Notes: generated from the sequence alone by a model not told the origin. A stretch of 57,787 nt of DNA from a virus (IMGVR_UViG_3300037605_000079:1-57787), one strand, 5' to 3'; counted from the first letter of the stretch, positions 16,049-25,414 are shown. A program made the numbers and translations.

Positions 16049-17723
16049 TAAAACTGAAACAAAAATTGAAACAAAAAGCATTTATATCGATCGATTTTAG
16101 TTTTTTAACTAACTCAAAATAAGCCAATAAAAAATGCAAAAAAATCAAAGAAGAATCCCATCTTCCACCCTTAAGAGGACTAGAAGAAAATTCTAGTCCT
16201 CTTTTTAATTTTACAAGTTCACAATTCTTTATTTTACGGTCACTTACATCAAAAAATTGATTGATATAAGTGGTTCGAACTCTTCGATTATCCTTATCGA
16301 TCATTATCCCTTCAGGAAACATAGCCTTTAGCAGTCTTGACTTAGCTAAATTATCTGATGTAGAATAGATTGAATCAATATTCAACAGTGGTTCGAACTT
16401 TTCTGCAGTAAATGTATCAAAGAATGATAGATCCTGAGAAAGTTCATCATACTTAATTTTATACTCCAAATTCTGATTACTTAACTTATAAGTTAACTCA
16501 TTGTACTTCTTGCTGTCTATTTCATTATCTAGAAACTTCTGCTCGAGGTTACCAATTCGCTTTTCAACCCTTTTTAATTCAGCACTAACTGCAGAACGCT
16601 CTGCGAGGATCTGCATACGCTTCTCATTGGCCACATCCATAACCATTTCTGCCATCCCACTAGTATCGAAGCTTAGGTTACGTACTAATTCAGACACCAA
16701 GTTGTGAGCGAAATCAACATTGATATTCTTCCGATTCTTTCCGGTCGTATGGTAATAAGCGTATCTATTACCATTTCTAGATCTACTCTTACTCGCAGTC
16801 ATCTTCTTAGATTCTTCAGAAAATAGCAAGCCTTTAAGATAGTACTCCGATCGTTGCTGCTCATCAAGCGTCCATGATCTACCTCTATTTGCACCCGGAT
16901 TACCTTTCAAAATTTCTTGCATAAGATTATACTCACCCAAAGTAATGATGCCCTCATGCTTTCCTTTTACAATCTCTTCAGGCAAGAAGTTGTGCGCTTT
17001 ACAGTGCACATATCCTGCATACACTATGTGAGTAAATATGTTGTAGAAGACATTCTTCTTAATTTCCAATCTATCCTTAAATTCATGGAATAACTCTCCT
17101 CTATTCTCACCTGCAATAAAGCGATCAACGATCTGTCTTACCAATGGTCCTTTTACAGGATCAGGAACCATCAACTTCCGATCATTACCTGATCTTGTTT
17201 TTTCGCCTGTAGCCACTCGAGTATAACCTACAGGAGTATTGCTCGTGAAGTAGCCATTGCGCTGCGCCTGTGCTATACCATTTTTAGTACGCTGACTAAT
17301 GTTCAACGATTCAGAGTGAGCTGTAGTAGCGTACATTCCTAGGAAATTTGGCCACATGGATTGCGAGAAATCAATCAACTGATACACCGCATTCACTTCC
17401 ACTCCAAGCTCAGCGAATTGACGAACAGTAGCAAAATGCATCTCTGTATTACGGCCGAATCTGTCCCACTTCTCAATGAACAAGTAATCCACTTGAGATT
17501 GGCTGCCTTTTTGACTTCTGCAGACATCAAAGATCTTCTTCAGCTCGTTACGATCAAATGTAGTTCCAGAGATCACATCAAAGTAAGTACCTACTATTTC
17601 ACAACCCTGAGTGAAGGGGTGTGATTTAATTTGGTTGATTTGGTATTCGATGGAGTTTCCTGACTGTTGCTGTTCTTCGGTGCTACAACGAGCGTAGATG
17701 ATTGCGTTCTTTTTTCTTTCCAT
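16038..17723 (-). CDS. Large serine recombinase (integrase), C-terminus interrupted by att site at 16164-16170
   Basis: AIIYARCST..Q catalytic Ser, SG...DRNEL, KWDRFGRN, PVGY, YLKGLL, YAYY, coiled coil. Confidence 0.93.
   Translation of the reverse strand: MERKKNAIIYARCSTEEQQQSGNSIEYQINQIKSHPFTQGCEIVGTYFDVISGTTFDRNELKKIFDVCRSQKGSQSQVDYLFIEKWDRFGRNTEMHFATVRQFAELGVEVNAVYQLIDFSQSMWPNFLGMYATTAHSESLNISQRTKNGIAQAQRNGYFTSNTPVGYTRVATGEKTRSGNDRKLMVPDPVKGPLVRQIVDRFIAGENRGELFHEFKDRLEIKKNVFYNIFTHIVYAGYVHCKAHNFLPEEIVKGKHEGIITLGEYNLMQEILKGNPGANRGRSWTLDEQQRSEYYLKGLLFSEESKKMTASKSRSRNGNRYAYYHTTGKNRKNINVDFAHNLVSELVRNLSFDTSGMAEMVMDVANEKRMQILAERSAVSAELKRVEKRIGNLEQKFLDNEIDSKKYNELTYKLSNQNLEYKIKYDELSQDLSFFDTFTAEKFEPLLNIDSIYSTSDNLAKSRLLKAMFPEGIMIDKDNRRVRTTYINQFFDVSDRKIKNCELVKLKRGLEFSSSPLKGGRWDSSLIFLHFLLAYFELVKKLKSIDINAFCFNFCFSFIRS
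16153..16170 (+). repeat. 3' fragment of a tRNA (likely tRNA-His); right att of element A and left att of element B
   Basis: GAATCCCATCTTCCACCC matches the T-loop 3' side plus acceptor stem with the CCACCC end typical of tRNA-His. Tandem TGAAACAAAAA repeats at 16055 and 16067 resemble integrase arm sites. Confidence 0.65.
16174..16206 (+). terminator. Phage-supplied terminator just after the tRNA 3' end
   Basis: 12-bp stem AGAGGACTAGAA/TTCTAGTCCTCT followed by a T-run. Confidence 0.65.
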
Positions 17724-17797
17724 AATTGCATAGCGTTATCGACTACTAAGGTAGCTAGTAATTTTTTAGTGGTTAGTATGTCGATTGGTTTACTCAT
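17594..17797 (-). CDS. Small ORF overlapping the integrase start (uncertain; possible directionality factor)
   Basis: Fills the gap between the ASCH-like gene and the integrase; most of it overlaps the integrase. Confidence 0.25.
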   Translation of the reverse strand: MSKPIDILTTKKLLATLVVDNAMQLWKEKRTQSSTLVVAPKNSNSQETPSNTKSTKLNHTPSLRVVK

Positions 17798-17803
17798 TAG
17801 ATG

Positions 17804-18358
17804 TTAGCAAAAATCTGCAGGCTTAGCTACCACTTTAAAAGTGTAAGCGAATACGGAAGGATTCTCATTCCAAGAACCTATTCCATTAATACTAAGCCAC
17901 AATGTTTCAAAGCTTTCTTTAGCTGTTTTTACCGTAAAATTCCGTACACTATTATCCATGTAATTCTTGTATGCACTTGGCAACTCAAAGCCCGCCTGCT
18001 GAACAAAATCAACACCCTCAGCTTTTGAATCCTCTTCAGTTATATCCTTAAGAGGCTCTGTTCTTACTTCGGTTACTTCTAAGAAAATTCTAGCAGCAGG
18101 CTTAGGCATAAAAATCGAGGGCTTCCATTTCGAATCAATAGACCACCCATCAATACCTACATCAGCCTTATACAGATAGTTACCTTCAATATCTTCCACA
18201 AAAGTTTCTCGTACCCAAATAACATCTCCAACTTTATACTTAGGCTTTTGTAGTGGGTCTTTTACGATCCGTCTTGTCTGTATTTTTCTGCCCAATAATA
18301 TTGCCTGAACCATATCAGTTTGGAATAGTATAGGCTTGTATTTAGTTTGATTTCCCAT
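17804..18358 (-). CDS. ASCH/PUA-like phage protein
   Basis: PILFQTDMVQAILLGRKIQTRR, WVRETF, WKPSIFMPK, DITEEDSKAEG, WNENPSV. Confidence 0.75.
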   Translation of the reverse strand: MGNQTKYKPILFQTDMVQAILLGRKIQTRRIVKDPLQKPKYKVGDVIWVRETFVEDIEGNYLYKADVGIDGWSIDSKWKPSIFMPKPAARIFLEVTEVRTEPLKDITEEDSKAEGVDFVQQAGFELPSAYKNYMDNSVRNFTVKTAKESFETLWLSINGIGSWNENPSVFAYTFKVVAKPADFC

Positions 18359-18359
18359 C

Positions 18360-18620
18360 TTACTTCAAGTTTTTAACTATTTCCTTCAATTCTTTATACT
18401 TCACTTCATTAAAATCCTTTTCATAAAAGCATTGAAAAGTTGGCTCTTCTGAGTTGATTTCAAATATTATGATGTGGTAATCTTTCATTTTACACTTAAT
18501 ATCATCTCTAAAAGTAGAATACGTCTCATAATCATAACGTTTAGGAAAACCCACAATAAATATGGGCTTTGTAGTTTGTTTTTGTTTTCCGTCAATTTCT
18601 ATGTCTAATTCAAATCCCAT
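18360..18620 (-). CDS. Hypothetical phage protein
   Basis: Tightly packed early-operon ORF. Confidence 0.55.
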   Translation of the reverse strand: MGFELDIEIDGKQKQTTKPIFIVGFPKRYDYETYSTFRDDIKCKMKDYHIIIFEINSEEPTFQCFYEKDFNEVKYKELKEIVKNLK

Positions 18621-18625
18621 CTATT

Positions 18626-18892
18626 TCAATTTTTGGTTGTTCTTAAATCAATTTCTCTAACAGGAAAAGATCTAGTCCATCTGCTAGCACGCATACCTTC
18701 TCGTTTAACCAAATACTGTATGGTTGGATGCTTTTCTTCCATTGTCTTTAAATTCATTATAGTGCTAAATCCCCATCTTACATTTAGAATTTCAAATTCA
18801 GTTGGTTCTAAAATCTTACTAGAGCTAAATAATGCACCGCTAAAAGTTGCCTTTTTCCCTATTAAATCCATGTACTTCTGTGGTATTCCCAT
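18626..18892 (-). CDS. Hypothetical phage protein
   Basis: Tightly packed early-operon ORF. Confidence 0.55.
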   Translation of the reverse strand: MGIPQKYMDLIGKKATFSGALFSSSKILEPTEFEILNVRWGFSTIMNLKTMEEKHPTIQYLVKREGMRASRWTRSFPVREIDLRTTKN

Positions 18893-18896
18893 CTCT

Positions 18897-19121
18897 TCAA
18901 TTTTTAATTAGTGATTCTCTTTTTAAAACAAAGCACTTTTCCTGCTTAATGAATATGGCCAAGTCCTCTGCGTTGGTGTAATTAGTTAAGTGGTACTGCT
19001 CTAATTCTCCTTTTTGGTTTCTCAAGAAGTAGGGCATTCCTATTTTTCGTTTTCTTTCTGCAAACTCAAAGAAGGAGAAGTCCTCCATAGTTGCCGGATA
19101 AAGTCTCACTTGTACTATCAT
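18897..19121 (-). CDS. Hypothetical phage protein
   Basis: Tightly packed early-operon ORF. Confidence 0.55.
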   Translation of the reverse strand: MIVQVRLYPATMEDFSFFEFAERKRKIGMPYFLRNQKGELEQYHLTNYTNAEDLAIFIKQEKCFVLKRESLIKN

Positions 19122-19130
19122 AACTGATGT

Positions 19131-22100
19131 TTAAAATGGTAAATCAGGTTGTTCAGGATTATCTCCTTTGGCTAATATTTCTTTAGTCGCTGCTGCATCT
19201 CCTTCAGGCATCTTCTCATAGTTATGCTCAGGACTATCGTCTCTCTCTAATTGAATCAGACCCTTCTTGGTCATCATATCGTAGTCGAATGCATAGCAGC
19301 TCTGACTTCCTGCTGTGCCGAATCTTTTTGATTTTACAAGGCCTATGAAGTAAGGTCTACTTTTGAAGTATTGCCGCAGCGTAGTTTCTCCTATTATATC
19401 TAAGCCTTCGCGCTTCTTCACTTCCTTATTATAGTGCTGATACACCGATTTCAGTCGTAGGAAGAGGATCCGATTTCCATCTTTATTTTCGTAGAGTGAC
19501 TCGCTGCGCTTTTCACCCATCACCTTAAAGTCTATTGGTGCTTCTATGGCGAAGTCGGTATCCTTGTCCACTACTTTCTGCTCAAATAAGAAGGTAATAA
19601 TGTTCCAGAATTCTGTCAATCCGTTACTATCTGCTATCTGATCTGAGTTGCCAATTATTAGATCCACACATAGTTTGGTTACCTCTTCGCTTGTAAAAGG
19701 AAAGTCGGTTATCTTATCCGATAAGATTCGGTAAGCTGTAAGCAGCATAGATACGTTACCGAAAATTCGCTCCTGGTACGTCTCTTTTTTGAGTAAGGTT
19801 TTCAATTCCCTTTCTGACTCAGCGTGCACCTGCGGTAGTCTTGTTTCAAAGTAAGTTCTATGCTGCACTAGCTCATTAACTAAGGAGCTTATCCCTGAGT
19901 TAGTCCAATTTAAAAGCTTAGTAAAGTTTGATTTCTCTTCCGGAGAGAAGTTTCTTGATTGGAAGAAGAGCGAAATGGTTCTCGTTCCTAATGCATTCTC
20001 CATTCGTGTTGGCATAAACTGTCCTGCATAATAGATGGCCGAGTTGATCTTATCATAGCTCGTTCTATTGGTGCCTACACCGTTTCCCTTTTCTCTTCCT
20101 ATTCCGTTCCAAGCTCCCATCATTCCGTTGAAGACTTCTTCACGTACATTCCTGTCTTGGTATTCGTCGCAAAACTGTACGGTGTTGGTATTTCTGCTTA
20201 GTCTTCGGCTAAACCCTACGTGTGTGGCCTGAGTAAGATCTAGTGGTGGTAGTCGGTAATAGTAGAAATTCTGCAGTATCTTACCGAAGCCCGACTTACC
20301 ACTATCTTTTTCACCAAAACCACCTAGCAGCGGAAATGAGTCATAGTTAGATAAGAACAGGTCTCTGAATACTGCAGCAAAGTTGAATAAGATGCCAATA
20401 ATTCCTTTCTCTTGAAACACCAACACCATTTGATCCATCCACTCCTTAAGCGTAATGCTTGATTCCTTATAGACAAAGTATCGATCATTCTCGTAAAGAT
20501 CATCCCCTTCTTGGTTATCTTGGTGCATTACAGAGAAGGCAGGAGAATAATAGTAATCTATCTTTTGATTGTACTCGCTATCTGTTTTATCAATACCTTC
20601 TAGGTGAATGATTCCGTACTTGTTTACACCCCTGAATTTATTCTCCCAATACACTCCATTTGCAAATGCGTAGAACCCTTTCTGATTCCACCCCATGGTT
20701 AGCAGCTCCAGAGCCGGTTCGAATTGCTCTTCAAATCGGTAGACGAACTTGTCGAAATGCTCCGTTCTAAATCCGTTGTGAGTCATGAACATAAAGCCTC
20801 CTATGCGAAATAGGTACTTTCTGAACTCATTAAAGTTGGCCAACATATCCGAGTCGAAGTCAATCAGCTTCTTCTTATTTCTCACGTTGGTAATTTCGCA
20901 GAGTCGCTTATTTTCTTTGTCTCCCTGTATATGGAATAGAGGCTCCATTTTAAAAGTTGTTCCTTCAAAGAAGTCATTGCTGTTGATCTTATGGAAGTAG
21001 TATTGATTGCCTACGGTTACAAATCCATGACCTTCCAAATATTCCTCCTTATCTGCACCATCAGGCAGCTGTATTCCTCTCATAGAAGGTTTACCGCTTT
21101 TTTCGTCATTCTCTCTCGCTTCCTGATCCCTTGCCTCTAGTTTTGCGATTTCATTCTTGACAACATTCACAGTTACCTTTATGGTCTTGGTTACCTGCTT
21201 AATGTACTCTGTTCGCTTTACCTCATTTCTGATTTTATAAAGAGTAGCTGATATCTCCGATACTGCATTCGCCTTTTTAAAAGGATCTATCTCTGGTACC
21301 TCTCGAAGTTCCTTGGCCATTTCAGATTTTATCCGAGCTATTTCATCGGCAATGCCTTTGTTGTTTTCTTTGGCCTCCTTTAATGCATCACCCTCTAGTC
21401 CATCAATATCGACTAGCTCATCCTTGATAAGTGATATCTGCATATTGGCAGTATCCTTTATTTCCTGAATGTCAGATTCATATCGCTCGCGCTTAAAGCT
21501 ATACTGATCTACTTTCCAAAGTAGCGCATCCTTTTTATTACTGTCTATCCATGTTCCCATGTCTAGCTGTGCTCTGCTAAAGGTGTCAGGATCTTCTCCT
21601 TCAGGTAATATGCAAATGGAAACATTCAATCCAACTTCTAAGCAGATATCAATATCGCGAAGAGAAGCCTTTATTCCTGCAGCATCTCCATCTCTTAAAA
21701 TAATAATCTCCTCTGCGTATTTCTTAATCAGCTTAGCTTGAATCTCAGATAGTGCAGTTCCTGATGTCGATACGGTATTATCGCAGCCATTTTGGTGCAT
21801 GGCTATCACATCCGTATATCCTTCGGTTAAAATACAGGATCCCATTTTAGCTATACTCTGCTTAGCCTGGTATAATCCGTACAATACTGCTGACTTATCG
21901 TAAATAAGGCTACTTGGAGAGTTGATATATTTGAATGCTTTATCTAGCTGTTCATCGTTGCTTTGTCGGCCACCAAACCCTACCACAGCACCTTTATGGT
22001 TATGGATGGGAAACATAATTCTATCTCTAAATACATCGTAAGAATTATTATTCTTGGTTTTTGACAGCCCTAAATCTTTAGTGACTCCTAAAGTGCCATG

Positions 22101-22613
22101 CTCCATCGACCATTTAGTCAACTTATTGTCTATCCCGTTATAGCCGAGTTGAAAGCTTACAATACTATCCTCATTAAATTCCCGATCGGTAAGCATTTGT
22201 TTTGCCCAATGATCATCAGCAAGCTTTCGATAAGCGCCAACAAATCCTCTGGCAGCAGTCTCCGATACTCGGTACATTTCAGCCTTAACATCCACTTGGC
22301 GCTGCATCTCAGGAGATAACTGCTGCTTATCCATGAATATGTTATGGATCTTAGCAATAATCTCTACTGCTTCTATAAAGTCTACCTTGCGAGTAAGCAT
22401 TATGTACTTGATACCATCTCCTGCTTCTCCGCAGCCAAAACATTTAAAGATCTGCTTTGCCGGTGATACTACGAATGAAGGAGTTTTCTCGTTGTGTATC
22501 GGGCAGCAACCTTTATAATTACTCCCTTCTTTTTTTAAATCGATGCTATCCTGTATGGTGGTTACAATGTCGGCTTCTCGTACCCGATCTATGCTTGAGT
22601 CTGTGTATCCCAT
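19131..22613 (-). CDS. DnaG-type primase fused to P-loop helicase-like and C-terminal winged-helix-like domains
   Basis: CHC2 Zn finger CPIHNEKTPSF..FKCFGC, FRDRIMFPI, KYINSP, Toprim EGYTD and DGD, Walker A GEKDSGKS, FCDEY. Confidence 0.9.
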   Translation of the reverse strand: MGYTDSSIDRVREADIVTTIQDSIDLKKEGSNYKGCCPIHNEKTPSFVVSPAKQIFKCFGCGEAGDGIKYIMLTRKVDFIEAVEIIAKIHNIFMDKQQLSPEMQRQVDVKAEMYRVSETAARGFVGAYRKLADDHWAKQMLTDREFNEDSIVSFQLGYNGIDNKLTKWSMEHGTLGVTKDLGLSKTKNNNSYDVFRDRIMFPIHNHKGAVVGFGGRQSNDEQLDKAFKYINSPSSLIYDKSAVLYGLYQAKQSIAKMGSCILTEGYTDVIAMHQNGCDNTVSTSGTALSEIQAKLIKKYAEEIIILRDGDAAGIKASLRDIDICLEVGLNVSICILPEGEDPDTFSRAQLDMGTWIDSNKKDALLWKVDQYSFKRERYESDIQEIKDTANMQISLIKDELVDIDGLEGDALKEAKENNKGIADEIARIKSEMAKELREVPEIDPFKKANAVSEISATLYKIRNEVKRTEYIKQVTKTIKVTVNVVKNEIAKLEARDQEARENDEKSGKPSMRGIQLPDGADKEEYLEGHGFVTVGNQYYFHKINSNDFFEGTTFKMEPLFHIQGDKENKRLCEITNVRNKKKLIDFDSDMLANFNEFRKYLFRIGGFMFMTHNGFRTEHFDKFVYRFEEQFEPALELLTMGWNQKGFYAFANGVYWENKFRGVNKYGIIHLEGIDKTDSEYNQKIDYYYSPAFSVMHQDNQEGDDLYENDRYFVYKESSITLKEWMDQMVLVFQEKGIIGILFNFAAVFRDLFLSNYDSFPLLGGFGEKDSGKSGFGKILQNFYYYRLPPLDLTQATHVGFSRRLSRNTNTVQFCDEYQDRNVREEVFNGMMGAWNGIGREKGNGVGTNRTSYDKINSAIYYAGQFMPTRMENALGTRTISLFFQSRNFSPEEKSNFTKLLNWTNSGISSLVNELVQHRTYFETRLPQVHAESERELKTLLKKETYQERIFGNVSMLLTAYRILSDKITDFPFTSEEVTKLCVDLIIGNSDQIADSNGLTEFWNIITFLFEQKVVDKDTDFAIEAPIDFKVMGEKRSESLYENKDGNRILFLRLKSVYQHYNKEVKKREGLDIIGETTLRQYFKSRPYFIGLVKSKRFGTAGSQSCYAFDYDMMTKKGLIQLERDDSPEHNYEKMPEGDAAATKEILAKGDNPEQPDLPF

Positions 22614-22807
22614 TAATATTCCTCTTTCTTTTTGTTGTCAGTAATTTCACTATCAGCTGCATCAGCCATCTGTCGCAACCTGTTTATTCGCTGCTTGATT
22701 TCTTCTTTGTCAGCACCTACTTTTCGCATTTCCTTCTTCAGCTCATTAATCATGTGTATGTGCGATAAGTAGGCTTCCTTTAATAGGGGTGTGGATGTTA
22801 TGATCAT
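22613..22807 (-). CDS. Hypothetical protein
   Basis: Coupled to the primase start (TAATG). Confidence 0.5.
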   Translation of the reverse strand: MIITSTPLLKEAYLSHIHMINELKKEMRKVGADKEEIKQRINRLRQMADAADSEITDNKKKEEY

Positions 22808-23028
22808 TTTTCACAGGTATTTATAGGTTCTTTTTCAATGTCAGGCCATTCTAACTTGGTTGTAATCATAGCACCTGAATAATATTTCATTGGATACTTG
22901 TCCTCTATTTTATCAAGAATCTCTTTTCTTTGCTCCTTATCCATACCTGTTATATTCTTTTGATAGAAGATATCTCCTCTATTGTATGGCCTTTGCCGAA
23001 CAACTATGTACTTAAATTGCTTTCCCAT
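22804..23028 (-). CDS. Hypothetical protein
   Basis: Early-operon ORF. Confidence 0.5.
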   Translation of the reverse strand: MGKQFKYIVVRQRPYNRGDIFYQKNITGMDKEQRKEILDKIEDKYPMKYYSGAMITTKLEWPDIEKEPINTCEK

Positions 23029-23157
23029 CTCTCTACTGTATTAAAAGGTTCCAAGAAGCTACAACTAGAAGTGCTGTTATCAATACTGACATACTTAGAC
23101 CAATAGCAACTGTTATCTTAAGAATCACCCAATCGATATCTATTTTTTTTATTTTTT

Positions 23158-23517
23158 TCATGGGTAAAAATTGTTAGCCCATACATCTTGCTTTGATGCC
23201 TGAGTCGGTTTAATACTAAAAGCTTCATTCGCTATTCTTTCCTTTACATGCATTCTAGCATTCATGGTAAATGCCTTTACCTTTTCTTTATCCTCACCTA
23301 TTATGTAAGTACTGTGCTCTAGTAATGCTTCTAACTTAAATTTGTACTCAGCATGGCTAGCACAGGAGCTAAGATTATCTCCTTCTCGCTCTACTATTCC
23401 TAAGTAATAATAATCTACCTTCTTATGCTTTATGCATATGGGATACACGAAGTGATATCCCATTGCAATCATTGTATTAATATTCTTGCTCATCTTGTAC
23501 CTCCTCTTTTTTTTCAT
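23158..23517 (-). CDS. Hypothetical protein
   Basis: Early-operon ORF. Confidence 0.5.
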   Translation of the reverse strand: MKKKRRYKMSKNINTMIAMGYHFVYPICIKHKKVDYYYLGIVEREGDNLSSCASHAEYKFKLEALLEHSTYIIGEDKEKVKAFTMNARMHVKERIANEAFSIKPTQASKQDVWANNFYP

Positions 23518-23662
23518 GAATAGTTACTTCGGCTATCAACTCTTTATTCAGGTCAAGGCGCTCTATCAGCTCCTCTTTTGTGAAGTATGATCGAGTTGTC
23601 ATTGTTATTTCCTCTATTTGGCTTGGGTAGTTAAATCTTATTGTTATGCTGTACATGGTTAG

Positions 23663-24013
23663 TTAATTTATTTGGCTCAAAGCCGTTACTACTTTATCTC
23701 TATGCAGGTACCATTCTAGGTTAAGTGGCGGATAGATTCCTGCTTCCCTTTCTAATTCTCTAAAATCAACTAGGTCTTCTTTTTTGCTAAGCTCTTCTTG
23801 TAGCTTGCGAATATCATTATCAATCATCCTAACCTCACTCTCTAAGTCTGATATTTGACTTTCAGCTTCCATCAGATCTTGCTTATGTTCATCTAATAGA
23901 TTATTGATAAAATCAGTAAGGCTGTCAGCTCTGTAAAGGCAATCTTGCCATCTACTGCAACCTCTACTTCTATCTATTGCTTTTTCTATTGGTATTTTCC
24001 ACTCTGCTTTCAT
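23663..24013 (-). CDS. Hypothetical coiled-coil protein
   Basis: Heptad pattern in the middle of the protein. Confidence 0.5.
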   Translation of the reverse strand: MKAEWKIPIEKAIDRSRGCSRWQDCLYRADSLTDFINNLLDEHKQDLMEAESQISDLESEVRMIDNDIRKLQEELSKKEDLVDFRELEREAGIYPPLNLEWYLHRDKVVTALSQIN

Positions 24014-24014
24014 A

Positions 24015-24605
24015 TCAGTTAATTACTTTATGTTGAATAGCTTTTTTAATTAGGGATACTCTAGTCTGCACGCCTACAGCTTTAAAAAGGTTATGCTTAT
24101 GGAAGTCTAAAGTTTTGGTACTAATGCCTAGCTCGTCTGCTATGGCTTTATCTGGCATGTCTTTTCCAATAAGGTCTATGATAGTAATCTGCCGATCAGT
24201 GAGAATGTGATCGTCAATGTTTAAGTTTTTGCTGCTAAAATTCAAGCTTGGGCAGTTTTGCTTATCGCGATAATTTTCTGAAGAGGATAATTTGCCATTC
24301 GCAATATCAGGAGTACCATCTACCTCTCCGTACATGTAGTAGGTATATATTTCTACTTGCCGCTGCTCATTATCAGTAAGGCTTGAGATATAATCTACTG
24401 CTTTATCATCTGCTTGATAAGCGGATTTTAGGAGGTCATAAAATTTAGTTGGTAGATCCTTGAAGTAATGGTTAGATCCATTCTGTAACCATAGCACCTC
24501 TTTGGTTTTTCTGATACCAATAAACTCTATATTTGAGTCGTTTGGCATTACACCGGCAATTTGCTCCGATGGGGTAAAATCTGTAATTTTGTTACTGTTA
24601 ATCAT
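24015..24605 (-). CDS. LuxR-type HTH transcriptional regulator
   Basis: LTDRQITIIDLIGKDMPDKAIADELGISTKTLDFHKHNLFKAVGV. Confidence 0.85.
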   Translation of the reverse strand: MINSNKITDFTPSEQIAGVMPNDSNIEFIGIRKTKEVLWLQNGSNHYFKDLPTKFYDLLKSAYQADDKAVDYISSLTDNEQRQVEIYTYYMYGEVDGTPDIANGKLSSSENYRDKQNCPSLNFSSKNLNIDDHILTDRQITIIDLIGKDMPDKAIADELGISTKTLDFHKHNLFKAVGVQTRVSLIKKAIQHKVIN

Positions 24606-24665
24606 TGGTTGTAAGAATTAGTGATTAATGAAAAATTAATCCTGCAGTGTCCGCTGCGGGATTTT

Positions 24666-25061
24666 TTATGTGTTCGGGTCTGTTAAGAATTGGTGGCAAG
24701 CATATGTTCTACCTCCTATTCTTACACCTTTAGCCAGACCGATATAAATTCTACTTAGTTTAAAGCCTTCTTCCAGGTCTTGAATCTTTAGTGGCTTAAT
24801 GCCTTTCATTCGTAGAACAGTAGCGTAAATATTATACACTAGTGAAAGCGGTATGGATATTTGATTACGATCTGTCAAGCCAGGTATCTTGCTTTTCTCT
24901 TTTAGATAATGCACTCCATTTCTTAAGGTATCATCTTCAGCGCACTCATTGATTACGTTCCAGAATTCTACCAATTGCTTAGAGAGTATTTTGTTCTTAT
25001 CATCATCGTACTTTTTGACGATGGCTCTCATTTTTTCAATTTCTGCTGCTGTATAATCCAT
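24666..25061 (-). CDS. Stand-alone paralog of the primase C-terminal domain
   Basis: LSLVYNIY...FKLSRIYIGLAKGVRIGGRTYACHQF aligns by eye with primase LKSVYQHY...FKSRPYFIGLVKSKRFGTAGSQSCYAF. Confidence 0.6.
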   Translation of the reverse strand: MDYTAAEIEKMRAIVKKYDDDKNKILSKQLVEFWNVINECAEDDTLRNGVHYLKEKSKIPGLTDRNQISIPLSLVYNIYATVLRMKGIKPLKIQDLEEGFKLSRIYIGLAKGVRIGGRTYACHQFLTDPNT

Positions 25062-25062
25062 G

Positions 25063-25311
25063 TTATATATTGTTTAGTAATAAATCACGCTTCTTTTCTT
25101 CAGCCTTTTTTATGGTTACTAATTCGAAGATGGCAGCTTCTATTTCTTCATGGCCAACGATGCCATTCATCACTTGGCGAATGAAGGCTCTACTATGTGG
25201 TGTGCCATTTTTAGTAGTTATTCCCTTTTCTTCTAAGTAAGCTGCCACCTTTCGGCTGTAGCTAATACCAAGTAGGCCAAGTATCTTTTCTTTTTGTGGT
25301 GGTAGTATCAT
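25063..25311 (-). CDS. Cro-like regulator of element B
   Basis: Small helical protein (VAAYL...SRAFIRQVMNG) divergent from the repressor. Confidence 0.6.
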   Translation of the reverse strand: MILPPQKEKILGLLGISYSRKVAAYLEEKGITTKNGTPHSRAFIRQVMNGIVGHEEIEAAIFELVTIKKAEEKKRDLLLNNI

Positions 25312-25378
25312 GGATATTCCCTATTTGTTTAATTAAATTTTTACTGTTACTTTACTTACGATTTACTTACGCAAACAT

Positions 25379-25414
25379 AGTAAAAGTTTTCCGTACATAC
25401 GGAAAGTTTTTACC
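25379..25414. promoter_or_regulatory. Operator-like repeats in the element B switch
   Basis: TTTCCGTA-CA-TACGGAAA palindrome; TACGGAAAGTTTTT recurs at about 25559 inside the repressor gene. Confidence 0.5.

Larger units (their letters stand above)
1..16170. mobile_element. Element A: putative tailless, membrane-containing temperate virus prophage (left end outside window)
   Basis: RCR Rep, SSB, FtsK/HerA-type ATPase, repressor/Cro switch, lysozyme/holin/lipoprotein and many small TM proteins. No terminase, portal or tail genes. Ends at a tRNA 3' fragment at 16153-16170. Confidence 0.8.

Noticed and set aside
1-16170. Element A as a satellite (PICI/P4-like) or part of phage B
   Set aside because: It has its own switch, replicon, packaging ATPase, structural and lysis genes, and is separated from B by an att-like tRNA fragment.
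16271-16400. TGGTTCGAACT repeats in the integrase (also near 54653) as tRNA remnants or att sites
   Set aside because: There is no surrounding tRNA structure; coding sequence (VRT, FEP) explains them.
16038-17723. Serine recombinase as the integrase of element A
   Set aside because: It lies right of the junction, is co-oriented with B's early operon, and its frame is completed by B's right end.
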